From a virus: 64,000 nt of DNA. The translations under genes and the position numbers were made by a program. Below the pieces are notes generated by a model. It was not told the origin of the DNA. It saw only the letters and a program-made list of their open reading frames with translations, and ran no database searches. Positions 9,259-19,396 of this stretch are shown here, one piece after another. Position 1 is the stretch's first letter. Each line of letters opens with the position of its first letter. The stretch lies in the IMG/VR virus record IMGVR_UViG_3300026512_000005, positions 51,991-115,990 of that record; one strand, given 5' to 3'.

Positions 9259-9888
9259 TTACTCCTTACAATGTTCTTTAATAATATCTCTAACTTTATA
9301 CTTATCAATTCTATCAACATCTTTTTGCAAATTCCTAACATCATTACCATAGGCTCTCATGTAAAGCTTCGGATACTCAATATACCCGTTACTACCAAAT
9401 TTTTCATGAAGATGTTCAACTATACTTTGGTAAATTTCATTTACTTTTTTACCTTCTCTATAATGATATTTATAACTCCTACAAATCATCTCTGTTAATA
9501 TCAAACGACCTTTATCGGCTGTTGCAATTAACTCAGCCAGTTCACCACTAAAGTTCACTATTTGTAGAGACGAACGATGTTCATAAACCGCGATGGCTAT
9601 ACGATTACGAGTAATTTGATCCAATTCTTTTAGGAAAATATCATCAGTATTTAGTAACACATAATCGTGAGCCAGCTTATTATGTAACTTTCTATCTTCA
9701 CCAGTAAAGATATCATGAATATATGCAGCTAGTATAATTTCCTTTTTATCTATCTTAAGATTTAGCCGTTCGTTTATATCCAATGCATTATTACAAACAT
9801 CATCTGCATGGTCTATTTTATGTGCTTCATCATTTTTATCATAATAATGTTTATAATAACTTCTAACTTCTTCTCTAAATTCTACCAT
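9259..9888 (-). CDS. HD-domain phosphohydrolase
   Basis: H...H (AHKIDH), AAYIHD, EH and ATAD motifs. Confidence 0.85.
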   Translation of the reverse strand: MVEFREEVRSYYKHYYDKNDEAHKIDHADDVCNNALDINERLNLKIDKKEIILAAYIHDIFTGEDRKLHNKLAHDYVLLNTDDIFLKELDQITRNRIAIAVYEHRSSLQIVNFSGELAELIATADKGRLILTEMICRSYKYHYREGKKVNEIYQSIVEHLHEKFGSNGYIEYPKLYMRAYGNDVRNLQKDVDRIDKYKVRDIIKEHCKE

Positions 9889-9918
9889 TTGTATTCCTTA
9901 TTATTTTATGTTTACACA

Positions 9919-11031
9919 TTAATGATGTACATCTGTAAGTTTTTGTAATTCATTTACTATAACTTTTATATCTATACCATCCTTTCTGGCTTCCTCTAGT
10001 ATATGATTAGTTATAATAGACTTGTCTAACTTAATAATATCACGGGATATACGTTTAGGATTTAAGATTTTATCAACTTTCTTATCAGAACGTTTCTCTA
10101 TCTTAAGATTTAGATGTGGGAACAACTTATGCAACTCTTTTATGTTACTCTTTAGTGTATTAAAATTGTCGGTTATTAACCTAAGATATTGTCGTCTTTG
10201 TTTTATTTTGTTAAGTAATGAACGGATATCCTGTATATTACTATTACCAACGTCTATTGTTCTAAATTTTAATCTGTTCTTATTCTCCAGAAATCTGTAC
10301 TTAAATGTACTATTTTTTAAATTCATGTGTATCATTAATGCACCCTTTTTAACATCATCATCTTCATGAGTTAATGAATCAATGCTACCTGGAATTAGGA
10401 TATTCTTATATACAGAATGTTTATGAACGTGTCCGCAAATTATGGGTCCTTTACAAATGTCTATATAATTATCTGGGTTATGTAAATTCTCTATGAAATC
10501 TGGTAATTGAAAAGTAAAAGCTCCATGCATGATAATAACATCAACTGTTTTTAAATTATGTTCTCGTAACTTAAGCTGTACATCCTTGTATATATCTTTA
10601 GCAGTAACATTCCATTCATCCGGCAAATATAGAATATTTATATCCTCTTCATCTAGATGCTCTATACTTAACGATTCTACATATCTAAAGTCTACATCCA
10701 TGTCTAACGCCTCTATAATACTATAGATTATTTTAACCTGTTTCCAATCATGACTAGGTGTTCCCTCCAGAATACGTAGTTTAATATTAAACCCTTTACA
10801 GAATAGTACTAACTCTGATAACCATTGTTTAATCATAATCATCTCTGCGCTATTAGCACTGAGTAGTCTATCGAACGTATCACCAGATATAGCTATCATA
10901 TCTGCTTTAGTAATTTGCGTGTGATATGTCTTAAATAATTTACGTACATTAAATATAATATCCTCAGTTTTATTAGTATTATGTCCCAGATGTATATCTG
11001 ATAAAACAAATATTGAAAATTGTTCTAGCAT
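9919..11031 (-). CDS. sbcD: SbcD/Mre11-like metallophosphoesterase nuclease
   Basis: LSDIHLG, GDTFD, GTPSHD, MHG and GHVH motifs. Confidence 0.9.
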   Translation of the reverse strand: MLEQFSIFVLSDIHLGHNTNKTEDIIFNVRKLFKTYHTQITKADMIAISGDTFDRLLSANSAEMIMIKQWLSELVLFCKGFNIKLRILEGTPSHDWKQVKIIYSIIEALDMDVDFRYVESLSIEHLDEEDINILYLPDEWNVTAKDIYKDVQLKLREHNLKTVDVIIMHGAFTFQLPDFIENLHNPDNYIDICKGPIICGHVHKHSVYKNILIPGSIDSLTHEDDDVKKGALMIHMNLKNSTFKYRFLENKNRLKFRTIDVGNSNIQDIRSLLNKIKQRRQYLRLITDNFNTLKSNIKELHKLFPHLNLKIEKRSDKKVDKILNPKRISRDIIKLDKSIITNHILEEARKDGIDIKVIVNELQKLTDVHH

Positions 11032-11073
11032 ATGTATCCTTTTTTTGTTTGATTATAAAAAACAGGAGAATAA

Positions 11074-11493
11074 ATGTATAAGACAGTACCTACGTTAACA
11101 ACCGATGGCTTCGTTACGCATCCACCACATATGTTAATTAAAATCTTTGAATATTTCCTATCGTCAGATTATTCACAAACTGTAACATTTTATGGGAGTA
11201 TTGCTAGCTTTAGATACATTGTAAGAAAACATTCCGATAACTTAGATAACCTAAGATATGAGTTAAACACTAAACTACAAACTACACTTAGTAGATTTTG
11301 GAATAATGTAACTGTTGAAACTGAATTAACAGAGATACCCAATAGTGTTTTCATGAGCGTCATATTTAATATAGAGGTTATTGTTGACGGTCAGAAGTAT
11401 ATTTTAGAACGAGAGATACGTTTAAATAATACGACTTTCCTTAATAAGGATGTCTTGATTGAATATTTAGAGACAGGAGTATATAATGGATGA
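11074..11493 (+). CDS. Conserved jumbo-phage protein (possible gp25-like baseplate wedge fold)
   Basis: 139 aa, AGGAG RBS, motif YFLSSDYSQT..YGSIASF. Confidence 0.45.
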   Translation: MYKTVPTLTTDGFVTHPPHMLIKIFEYFLSSDYSQTVTFYGSIASFRYIVRKHSDNLDNLRYELNTKLQTTLSRFWNNVTVETELTEIPNSVFMSVIFNIEVIVDGQKYILEREIRLNNTTFLNKDVLIEYLETGVYNG

Positions 11494-12058
11494 TTTAAAG
11501 AAGGTCAATGCGGTATTAATAAATAGTCACCTTGAGGAGCTAACTGAACTTAGTGAGCGTTTGGCACCTATAAGCGAGGTTAGTGAGGATATAACGATAG
11601 AAGAGTTTGAGTTATACTTCTTACCGTTTATAATAGGTGAGCTGGAGTTTAATGATGAAAATAAAACAATCTTCTTTTATAATTACAAAAAGATTGCTAA
11701 AGGTGTAACGACACCACTATACGTTATAGAGGATGATGAGGTTAAGTACAAGCTACCGCCTATGTTAGTTACGAATGATTTAGATGGATTAGATGAATTT
11801 AATTTTCATAGAATATTAAATGTGTTCTCTAATACAAAAGACACTAATCCAATGGTTGCGGACAAGTTTTTAGCTAGCAGTTTAAATACTATCTCTGATG
11901 AAATAAACACTAGTAAAAAATACGACTTATATATAAATGAGTTACGTAGAATATATGCAGATTATAGTTACAGACTAAAAGTTGATGTGAAAGATGAAAA
12001 GTCTACGCAAACAGTTAAGGACGAAGAAATAGAAGAAGACTTTATAGAATACTACTAG
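11486..12058 (+). CDS. Conserved hypothetical protein with acidic C-terminus
   Basis: 190 aa, AGGAG RBS, overlaps the previous gene; FLPF and LPP motifs. Confidence 0.6.
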   Translation: MDDLKKVNAVLINSHLEELTELSERLAPISEVSEDITIEEFELYFLPFIIGELEFNDENKTIFFYNYKKIAKGVTTPLYVIEDDEVKYKLPPMLVTNDLDGLDEFNFHRILNVFSNTKDTNPMVADKFLASSLNTISDEINTSKKYDLYINELRRIYADYSYRLKVDVKDEKSTQTVKDEEIEEDFIEYY

Positions 12059-12080
12059 TATAGCAAATGCTATACTAGTA
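12053..12080. terminator. Bidirectional hairpin between convergent genes
   Basis: TACTAGTATAGC-aaat-GCTATACTAGTA, containing both TAG stops. Confidence 0.65.
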
Positions 12081-12399
12081 AGGTTTTACTTATATTTAGA
12101 CCAGAGCCAAGCTCTTCACTCTCCAATTTAACAAGATTGTAATGTTGTACAGTCTCATAAATGTTTATCTTTATAAGATAAGGTTTATTAACTTCCAATA
12201 CAGTGTCTATCGTTTTTATTCTTTTTAAAATTTCATTACGTAGTGCAATGTCAAAATATTCTCTGTAAAAGAATTGTGATACTATCTCTTTATTAACACT
12301 CTTCGATAATATATCATCTATATATTCTATAAACTCTTGTGTATTATTTATATGTAAAAGGATAACACCATCCTTAACCGATACCTCTAAATATTCCAT
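12070..12399 (-). CDS. Hypothetical protein
   Basis: 109 aa ORF with AGGA RBS, at the end of the structural operon. Confidence 0.55.
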   Translation of the reverse strand: MEYLEVSVKDGVILLHINNTQEFIEYIDDILSKSVNKEIVSQFFYREYFDIALRNEILKRIKTIDTVLEVNKPYLIKINIYETVQHYNLVKLESEELGSGLNISKTLLV

Positions 12400-12407
12400 T
12401 TTAATTC

Positions 12408-13724
12408 CTATAGTTTACGTAATCTCACAATAATTACACCATGTATAAATTTTTTACTTATATCATAATTATAATCAATAGCCTGTACTGTACCAGTTGT
12501 GAACATTGCCTTTTTATCTTTTAGAAACATATATTTAACTGCCATACCGGGTTCTATTATGTTAAAGTCTATGTTTGTTACTCTCATAATAGCCAATAGA
12601 CTTGTATTCTTATTTACATTACTTCTATATTTAAAAGTATTATCATCAAATTTTGTGTTAATAAACTTAGAATAGTCCAACAGTTTTCCATCTATATTCT
12701 CTATCCCATAAAGAGTTTCAGGTGTTACTATTATTTGTTCATCGGTTATCTCAGAAATATTTTGTGTTATTATATCTGATTTAGTTTCTATTATACCTGT
12801 ACCATTCTTGAAACGAACCTCCTCAGTATCATTTTTGAACTCGACGTCACCTACTATTACTTTGTAAGTATCTACGTCATAATACGCGTTAAAATCGTTC
12901 TTATGGTTATAACCTACCGATGGGTTAACAATAAGTAGTTTTGGTAAGTCCTTCTCTTTTTCATATCTATCATAATCAAACATTGGAAATACATTTATAT
13001 TATATGTAACGGTTTTTTGGTTACTTTCTATATTAGAGAAATAGATACCTACATCATGATTATACAAACCATAATCACCCTTTTGTAGAGTATAAGGTAA
13101 CTTGACTACATTCGTAAAAGCTGGTATAAGAATATTTTTATACTCGACTTCATTATCCAAGGGAAAAATATTTAACTTATAATCTAACGGTTTACCTAAA
13201 ACAGTAACATCTTTTAAGTTATAACTAAAGGTACTAGACAGTAGTTTAGTTATAGTTAGATTATGATAACAGCCGGAGGTTACAGTGTTTTTAAGTGCAA
13301 GTGTCAATGGGTCTATTAGTTGTAATACTACCTTCTGTACATCCTGCGTATCTAACGCTTCTGCTGATACATTTCTAATTTTACTATTATAATCTACTGG
13401 TGCTTTGGTGACGACTACTACCTTATATCGTTTAGTAATGGATTTAAGTTTATGTTTAAAAACTAAACTAGCCTCCATATTATCCTTATTACTATAAATC
13501 TTTTTCATAAATTCACCCATACCAATTGTGAACTCTACATTAATATTATCTGTTATATTTGTTGTATAATTGGAATTAACATTTATATTAGTTAATATGT
13601 CTATTGTTAAATCATCATAGTCGATAGTATGTATAACCATTTTAATCTTTGGAAATACAAAAGATGTACTTTTAAGTGTAATATCGATTATCTCTTTGTC
13701 TAATGCCGTTGGTTTAGCTTCCAT
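12408..13724 (-). CDS. Virion structural protein (gp101-like, putative baseplate hub)
   Basis: 438 aa; motifs LQ..YGLY...G.Y and IEPGM; position in the phiKZ-like virion cluster. Confidence 0.55.
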   Translation of the reverse strand: MEAKPTALDKEIIDITLKSTSFVFPKIKMVIHTIDYDDLTIDILTNINVNSNYTTNITDNINVEFTIGMGEFMKKIYSNKDNMEASLVFKHKLKSITKRYKVVVVTKAPVDYNSKIRNVSAEALDTQDVQKVVLQLIDPLTLALKNTVTSGCYHNLTITKLLSSTFSYNLKDVTVLGKPLDYKLNIFPLDNEVEYKNILIPAFTNVVKLPYTLQKGDYGLYNHDVGIYFSNIESNQKTVTYNINVFPMFDYDRYEKEKDLPKLLIVNPSVGYNHKNDFNAYYDVDTYKVIVGDVEFKNDTEEVRFKNGTGIIETKSDIITQNISEITDEQIIVTPETLYGIENIDGKLLDYSKFINTKFDDNTFKYRSNVNKNTSLLAIMRVTNIDFNIIEPGMAVKYMFLKDKKAMFTTGTVQAIDYNYDISKKFIHGVIIVRLRKL

Positions 13725-13735
13725 ATAAACTCCTA

Positions 13736-14380
13736 TTAGTTAACTAGTATATCACTTAAGTCTATATGTCCCATACGCTTATCTTCCATATCAGTAGACA
13801 ACAGACCGCCGCCATAACCTATTACTTCTTGCTCTAACGTACCGGTTATGTTGTTAGCCTGTCCAGTAACGGTTTTCTTTTTGTTTTTGATAAACTCTGT
13901 ATAGAATTCTTCTATATATTTTGTAACTGGTATAGACTTATCTTTATCTACAGCTAAATCCAATTCATCGAGTACCTCATTTAGTTTAGTAGCCATTCTA
14001 TTTATATCATCTTTATTTGTTAACGCTATAGCAAATCCATTATGGTATATGTCAATTATTGCGTTTAACGATATATATACTTCTTGTGGTAAATACTCCG
14101 TACCACGTATGTGTTTATTGTCTCTATAACCACCTGGCATACTTGATAAAGTAGGATTACCTTTTAACCTACGGTCATCGGTACTAGTGTATTCATTAGT
14201 TTGTTTATTCTTACGTAACAGATTATACCTAACCCCATTCTTGTAAATGGTCTCAGTAGGTAGTGGTTCCAGTTCCACATCAGAGACCAGAGCTATAGCT
14301 GGTACCTTTACAAAGAACTTTACAGAACTTAAATCTTGTATGACGTGGTATGTTAAATTACAATTAAAACCTTTTTGCAT
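13736..14380 (-). CDS. Hypothetical protein in virion cluster (gp100-like)
   Basis: 214 aa, GGAGG RBS, synteny. Confidence 0.45.
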   Translation of the reverse strand: MQKGFNCNLTYHVIQDLSSVKFFVKVPAIALVSDVELEPLPTETIYKNGVRYNLLRKNKQTNEYTSTDDRRLKGNPTLSSMPGGYRDNKHIRGTEYLPQEVYISLNAIIDIYHNGFAIALTNKDDINRMATKLNEVLDELDLAVDKDKSIPVTKYIEEFYTEFIKNKKKTVTGQANNITGTLEQEVIGYGGGLLSTDMEDKRMGHIDLSDILVN

Positions 14381-14394
14381 TTTTCTAACTCCTC

Positions 14395-15645
14395 CTATAT
14401 AAATTTAACTGTAAATGTTGTTAAATAGTATTTCATAATGTAAATTAATATTGGTATAAAATAGAATTGTTCTTTAGTAGGTATTTCATAGATATTATCT
14501 ACCAGTTTGGTAATGTCATCCTTATTAGGAATATTGCCAGTTATGGTGCTCAAGAATAGTTTTTCATACATTGTTAAATGTTCTAGTATTAAATCAATAC
14601 TTTCACCTTCTAATACCCTATATATATTTCTACTAAATATATAATAACTATTACTAACCTTAGGGAAAAATTCATTTATTATCTCATATGTATCTTGATC
14701 TAACTCCGCCATATCTGTTACTTCAGTTATCCTACCAATACCATTGTACGATAGTGCATAAAGGTATGGATTATTAGTATATTCAGATGGTCTTTTATGT
14801 TTACTATATTTCTTTATAGTTGTTTTTGATAATGTTTCATTAACTAGATATTCTAATATAGAAGTATATTTAGATTCTAAATCGATAATCTCCACTCTAT
14901 TATTAAGGTTACCAATACCAATGGTATTACGTATGAAATGTTCCATATGTATGTCATAGTGTAATATTTGTTTATCAGTATACGCTATGTAATAGTTGGT
15001 ATCAGGTGTTATGAATTCATTTACCCAATAACCTAATAGATTAGTTATATGTTCAGTAAACTTACTACGTATTACAATATCATCATTACTATACATAGGA
15101 CTTGTTCGTGTTAATCTATAATCTTTGTTATATGTAAACTCTTCATATACAGATTTCATTAATTTGGTGAATATACCATCTTGTGTGTTATCGAATGCTG
15201 TATATATACTGTAACCTATTTTAAATAAGTTATTGTTATTATAATTAATACGCTCAACTTTCTGAACTGTAAAGATAGCAGTCCTACCATCTGGTAGTTT
15301 TGTTAAGAATACATCGTTAGGGTTCGGTACTATATTAAAATCAATTATACCGCTACCAGATAAATTGTCTGGTACACCTGTTGGTAATGGTGTATCGACT
15401 TTTATGATAAGCTTATTAACACGTATATACTCCTGTAAGGTTATATCTAATTCAGTATCGAATTGTGTTATTGAGGTATTTTCATCAATCTTTCGATGTA
15501 GGTATGTAACCTCCCAATTGTAACCACTCATAGTTACTAGTAGCGACGTGTCCACACGTTCACTATCGTATATAGGTACTAGTGATGTATTCTCTTTATC
15601 CGTTATATTTTGTTTTATCTCTTCTTCTATTCCAAAAATAGCCAT
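14395..15645 (-). CDS. Virion structural protein (gp99-like)
   Basis: Motifs SG..W.V.Y, PN..DVF and EQFYFIP; synteny. Confidence 0.55.
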   Translation of the reverse strand: MAIFGIEEEIKQNITDKENTSLVPIYDSERVDTSLLVTMSGYNWEVTYLHRKIDENTSITQFDTELDITLQEYIRVNKLIIKVDTPLPTGVPDNLSGSGIIDFNIVPNPNDVFLTKLPDGRTAIFTVQKVERINYNNNNLFKIGYSIYTAFDNTQDGIFTKLMKSVYEEFTYNKDYRLTRTSPMYSNDDIVIRSKFTEHITNLLGYWVNEFITPDTNYYIAYTDKQILHYDIHMEHFIRNTIGIGNLNNRVEIIDLESKYTSILEYLVNETLSKTTIKKYSKHKRPSEYTNNPYLYALSYNGIGRITEVTDMAELDQDTYEIINEFFPKVSNSYYIFSRNIYRVLEGESIDLILEHLTMYEKLFLSTITGNIPNKDDITKLVDNIYEIPTKEQFYFIPILIYIMKYYLTTFTVKFI

Positions 15646-15708
15646 CTTATATCCTTTAGTTTATTCACTTCAAGAAAATCAATATCTTACATAAACGGCT
15701 TTAACCGT

Positions 15709-17094
15709 TTATGTATTTTTGAATTCTGCTGATGTTTTACGTATTGAAATATGTTTATTCTCGTTATTAAAAACATATCCAATATTAAGTTCATCACATA
15801 CTCTCTTATCTCTAGCAAGTTGGTCACTCATCATGTTGTATGTTAAGAAATCTAAATTACTAACTATACTTATTAACAAATGATACACTGATTCACCGTT
15901 TAACTCTTTAGTGGTTACAATGTTATTTTCATCATCTTTAAACATTTTATAATCTTTGATAACTTTACCCTCAAATAGTTCTACTAAAAATAGACTATTC
16001 CCAAAGTTGAATAAGTCATATTTCTCTGTATCTTTGAAGTAGTCTATGATACATTTTGGTAATCCTATACGCTTTAAATCGTCAATATTACATATAAAGT
16101 TTCTATTGTTGAAATCTACAGTTAAAAGTAGAGATACTAAACGTACTTTATATAAATCGTGTTCACCATCCCATGGTATAAAATTATCATATGTAGGTAT
16201 TCTATAAATAACATCATTGTTATTTGCACTGGTGGATAAAACACTACCCACTATACTAGATATATTAAGTTTTGTTGTTGCTGTTTCTATAGACTTAGCA
16301 TATGTCTGTTGCGGTAACCATTTATCTGGTATTTTGGTATTATTAACCATTATAGGATATTCCAAAACAATAGTAGTTGGTTTTTGAATAGTTAACTTAT
16401 ATGTAAACTCTAATATATACTCAGCATCGCTCTTTGTTATCTTTATATCGTCGGGAGCTGTCATTATATTACCTATAATGTTATTTTGTTTACCTCTAAA
16501 AACTGGTACCTTATTTTTACTATTACGCGTTACCGCCTTATCCAGTTTATATATGCTATATGTATCTATATACTCGTCTAATGTCAATCCCCTTAGTTCA
16601 GCTATACTACTAGTTAGTTCTAATACATTATTAGGTAGTAAATATGAAAACTCCAAGTCATGTAGCATTCTATATGAACTATTATCGTAATACATCCTAA
16701 AGTTATTTTTGATAGAAGTCATTCTTTGTTTGGACTGACATCTATATGTATATGTTATCTCCATATTGGTAGACGTATATAGAGGTCGCATAGAGTACCC
16801 AGTTACCTTATCCAGAAAAATTAACTTATTTGTAGGGTTGAAAGTGGAATTAGTATTACCTAAGATAATATCATCAGTTATTTCAACATTAATATCTACA
16901 GTAGATCCGCCTATTGCGTTATCATAGATGTTATCAGGCATCGTTGCATTCTCGTTGTTATACAGATACTCCATATTGTTAAATGCATCATCATCATGTA
17001 TAAAATTTTTATTTAAGGTAGCACAGACTTGTTTTATAATAGGTGTTATTACAGTTTCATCAACACCACGTATATCGGCTATTCTACGAATCAT
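15709..17094 (-). CDS. Virion structural protein (gp98-like)
   Basis: 461 aa; motifs YPIMVNN..IP and RIP.YD; synteny. Confidence 0.55.
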   Translation of the reverse strand: MIRRIADIRGVDETVITPIIKQVCATLNKNFIHDDDAFNNMEYLYNNENATMPDNIYDNAIGGSTVDINVEITDDIILGNTNSTFNPTNKLIFLDKVTGYSMRPLYTSTNMEITYTYRCQSKQRMTSIKNNFRMYYDNSSYRMLHDLEFSYLLPNNVLELTSSIAELRGLTLDEYIDTYSIYKLDKAVTRNSKNKVPVFRGKQNNIIGNIMTAPDDIKITKSDAEYILEFTYKLTIQKPTTIVLEYPIMVNNTKIPDKWLPQQTYAKSIETATTKLNISSIVGSVLSTSANNNDVIYRIPTYDNFIPWDGEHDLYKVRLVSLLLTVDFNNRNFICNIDDLKRIGLPKCIIDYFKDTEKYDLFNFGNSLFLVELFEGKVIKDYKMFKDDENNIVTTKELNGESVYHLLISIVSNLDFLTYNMMSDQLARDKRVCDELNIGYVFNNENKHISIRKTSAEFKNT

Positions 17095-17097
17095 AAC

Positions 17098-17577
17098 TTA
17101 GGTTAACCATTCAAGTGCACGTAAAGATTTGGACGTAGCGTCGCGTCCGACCACAGTTAACAAAATGGATGTTACTTCACATATTGTTAAGTTACTGGTC
17201 TCTGGCGAGACTACAAGTTCTTTTTTAACAGGACGATGCTTACCTGATTCAAAATATGTTTTCTCGGTTATGTCATTATCTGTAAAATCCATAATAATCA
17301 AGTCGGAATAACGTTTAAGCTCCATACGCTCACCATCAACATGTTTGTTAATAATATTAACTATGTGTTCAAATGTAATCAGACTGTTTAGTATATAATC
17401 ATTACGTCTTCTCTGTTTATACTTATCTATAAAATACGCCATTGTTTTATTATATAAGTCAGTTCTATCCAGATAATCGCCGACTATTTCCAATACCTCT
17501 GTATGTGTTAAATTTTCATCAGCGATTTCACCAATACACCTCACTTCTCTTGCTTCACTACTCGTTAATAAACTCAT
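17098..17577 (-). CDS. Hypothetical protein
   Basis: 159 aa ORF with AAGGA RBS. Confidence 0.55.
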   Translation of the reverse strand: MSLLTSSEAREVRCIGEIADENLTHTEVLEIVGDYLDRTDLYNKTMAYFIDKYKQRRRNDYILNSLITFEHIVNIINKHVDGERMELKRYSDLIIMDFTDNDITEKTYFESGKHRPVKKELVVSPETSNLTICEVTSILLTVVGRDATSKSLRALEWLT

Positions 17578-17653
17578 TCTTATTTCCTTAGTTATTTTTT
17601 ATACGCTCAAAAAAATAAACACTTTTTTACTTTATAGAGCATACAAACAAAAC

Positions 17654-17681
17654 ACTTACTACTGTCTAAGCAGTAGTAAGT
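17654..17681. terminator. Hairpin after the internal head protein gene
   Basis: ACTTACTACTG-6nt-CAGTAGTAAGT, followed by a U-rich tract on the minus strand. Confidence 0.6.
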
Positions 17682-17696
17682 AAAATAGTTAGAAAC

Positions 17697-19271
17697 TTAT
17701 TTTTTTGTATAAAGTCTTACGGACTCTTTAATAATATGTGAAACTGACGAACGAACTAACTCCATACCAAGTTCAGTATTAGCTGTTGCAATCGCCTTGT
17801 ATTCTTTTAAAACTATCTCTTGATTTTTGTTAAAAGTAACCTGTACCGCTGAACCTATTTTCTCTGAAATAGGACTGGCTTTACCAAGTTTAGTAAGTGC
17901 CTTCTCAATATTATCAGAAGCTTTATCCACCGTTTTTGAAGCTTTAGCAACAGTACTTGAATATTTATTTATTTTAGACTGTGCTTTCTTACCATACTCT
18001 TTAAGTCTTTTAGCAACCTGCATTGCATCTATAGGTTCCATAGGTTTAATTAACTCTTCATCTATAGTGATATCTTCAACGTCTGGTTTTACAGTTACCG
18101 TATGAAATTGTATACCATTATAAACTTTCTTAGTGTCATTAAGAAGTTTTGTTAATCCCTCTTTACCTTGGTTTTCATATTTGTTACCATCTGCGTCCTT
18201 ACCATCTAAGAAATTCGTAACTAGTTCACCAGCATTATCTGTAAGTAATACAATCGAGATAACAGCCTTAGATGCCGTAATTGAAGCTACTCTAATAATA
18301 CTAGAATATGCTTCAGAAATTTTATCTTCTACATCTGTACCTTTCACGCTCAGATCAACCCCATTTAATAACTCTGTATCACCAGCACTTGATAATTGTT
18401 TAAGTAGATGGTTTTCATCATTAGGGATTACCGTTGCACATATATCTACTATAACTGCTTTATACGCGGCCTTTATTTCATCTTCATTATCGGCGTTATC
18501 CGATGTTTCTGAAACAGGTTTAATAGTTTCAGAAAGCGTTGTAAGCTTCGCGTCTAAACCGTTTATAAAAGTAAGTGCACTATCAACATTTGTACCTATT
18601 GTAGGTTTATCTAATAGTGAATCGATCACACGATATTGATCCATAAAGTAATCAGCATCAAGTTTATTATCATTTTGTAATGCGAAACCATAATGAGTAG
18701 CTAAACGCTTACGCACATCCTCAGAAAAGTTGTCTTTTTTAAGTTCAGTACGTTTCTCTTTTTTAGCTTTTTCTAAAAGTTTAACAAGGTCAGAACCCGT
18801 ATCTTCAGATTTACCGAATAACCCTTTAATGAAATCCTCAACTTTGGCTAGAAGATTACGGATATATTCCCATACTTTTTTGGCAGTGGTTTTAACAGCA
18901 TCCCACATACTTTTGAATACATCACCAGCAGACTCAACACCAGCAGTAACAGATTCTGTACCTGCCTTAATAGAAGTAGCAGTAACGTTTTTACCAATAA
19001 TGGCTAAACTTGTAGAAAGACTTTCCGCACCAGCTACTATAGCTGCATCAGCATCACCAGTTTTATCATAAATGGCAACAGATAACGCTTGACCACGTTC
19101 AATTGTGTCCATAGCTGTACCAAGTAAATCTATTTTTAAAGATTCTCTTTCAAGACTCTCTGTACCAGCCTGTACTCCAGCAAATGCATCCAGTGCATTA
19201 AAATCGTCTGATCTAAAATTACCACGTGTGCTTGACTCTGTACCAAGTTTAATATCTAATCCATTTATCAT
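17697..19271 (-). CDS. Internal head / inner-body ejection protein with multiple protease-cleavage motifs
   Basis: Propeptide with LGTES, AGTES, AGAES, AGTES and AGVES, followed by the amphipathic helix (MWDAVK..AKKVWEYI) typical of phiKZ gp93-97-like proteins. Confidence 0.75.
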   Translation of the reverse strand: MINGLDIKLGTESSTRGNFRSDDFNALDAFAGVQAGTESLERESLKIDLLGTAMDTIERGQALSVAIYDKTGDADAAIVAGAESLSTSLAIIGKNVTATSIKAGTESVTAGVESAGDVFKSMWDAVKTTAKKVWEYIRNLLAKVEDFIKGLFGKSEDTGSDLVKLLEKAKKEKRTELKKDNFSEDVRKRLATHYGFALQNDNKLDADYFMDQYRVIDSLLDKPTIGTNVDSALTFINGLDAKLTTLSETIKPVSETSDNADNEDEIKAAYKAVIVDICATVIPNDENHLLKQLSSAGDTELLNGVDLSVKGTDVEDKISEAYSSIIRVASITASKAVISIVLLTDNAGELVTNFLDGKDADGNKYENQGKEGLTKLLNDTKKVYNGIQFHTVTVKPDVEDITIDEELIKPMEPIDAMQVAKRLKEYGKKAQSKINKYSSTVAKASKTVDKASDNIEKALTKLGKASPISEKIGSAVQVTFNKNQEIVLKEYKAIATANTELGMELVRSSVSHIIKESVRLYTKK

Positions 19272-19396
19272 TTGTTCTCCCTAAAGAATAATATTTTTTT
19301 TATTGTGAACTTCTATGTTCATGTGTCATACATAGTAACACATTACTGTTTAACATTTTCTCAAGTAATGAGGTTAATGTATATTTTTTTACTATG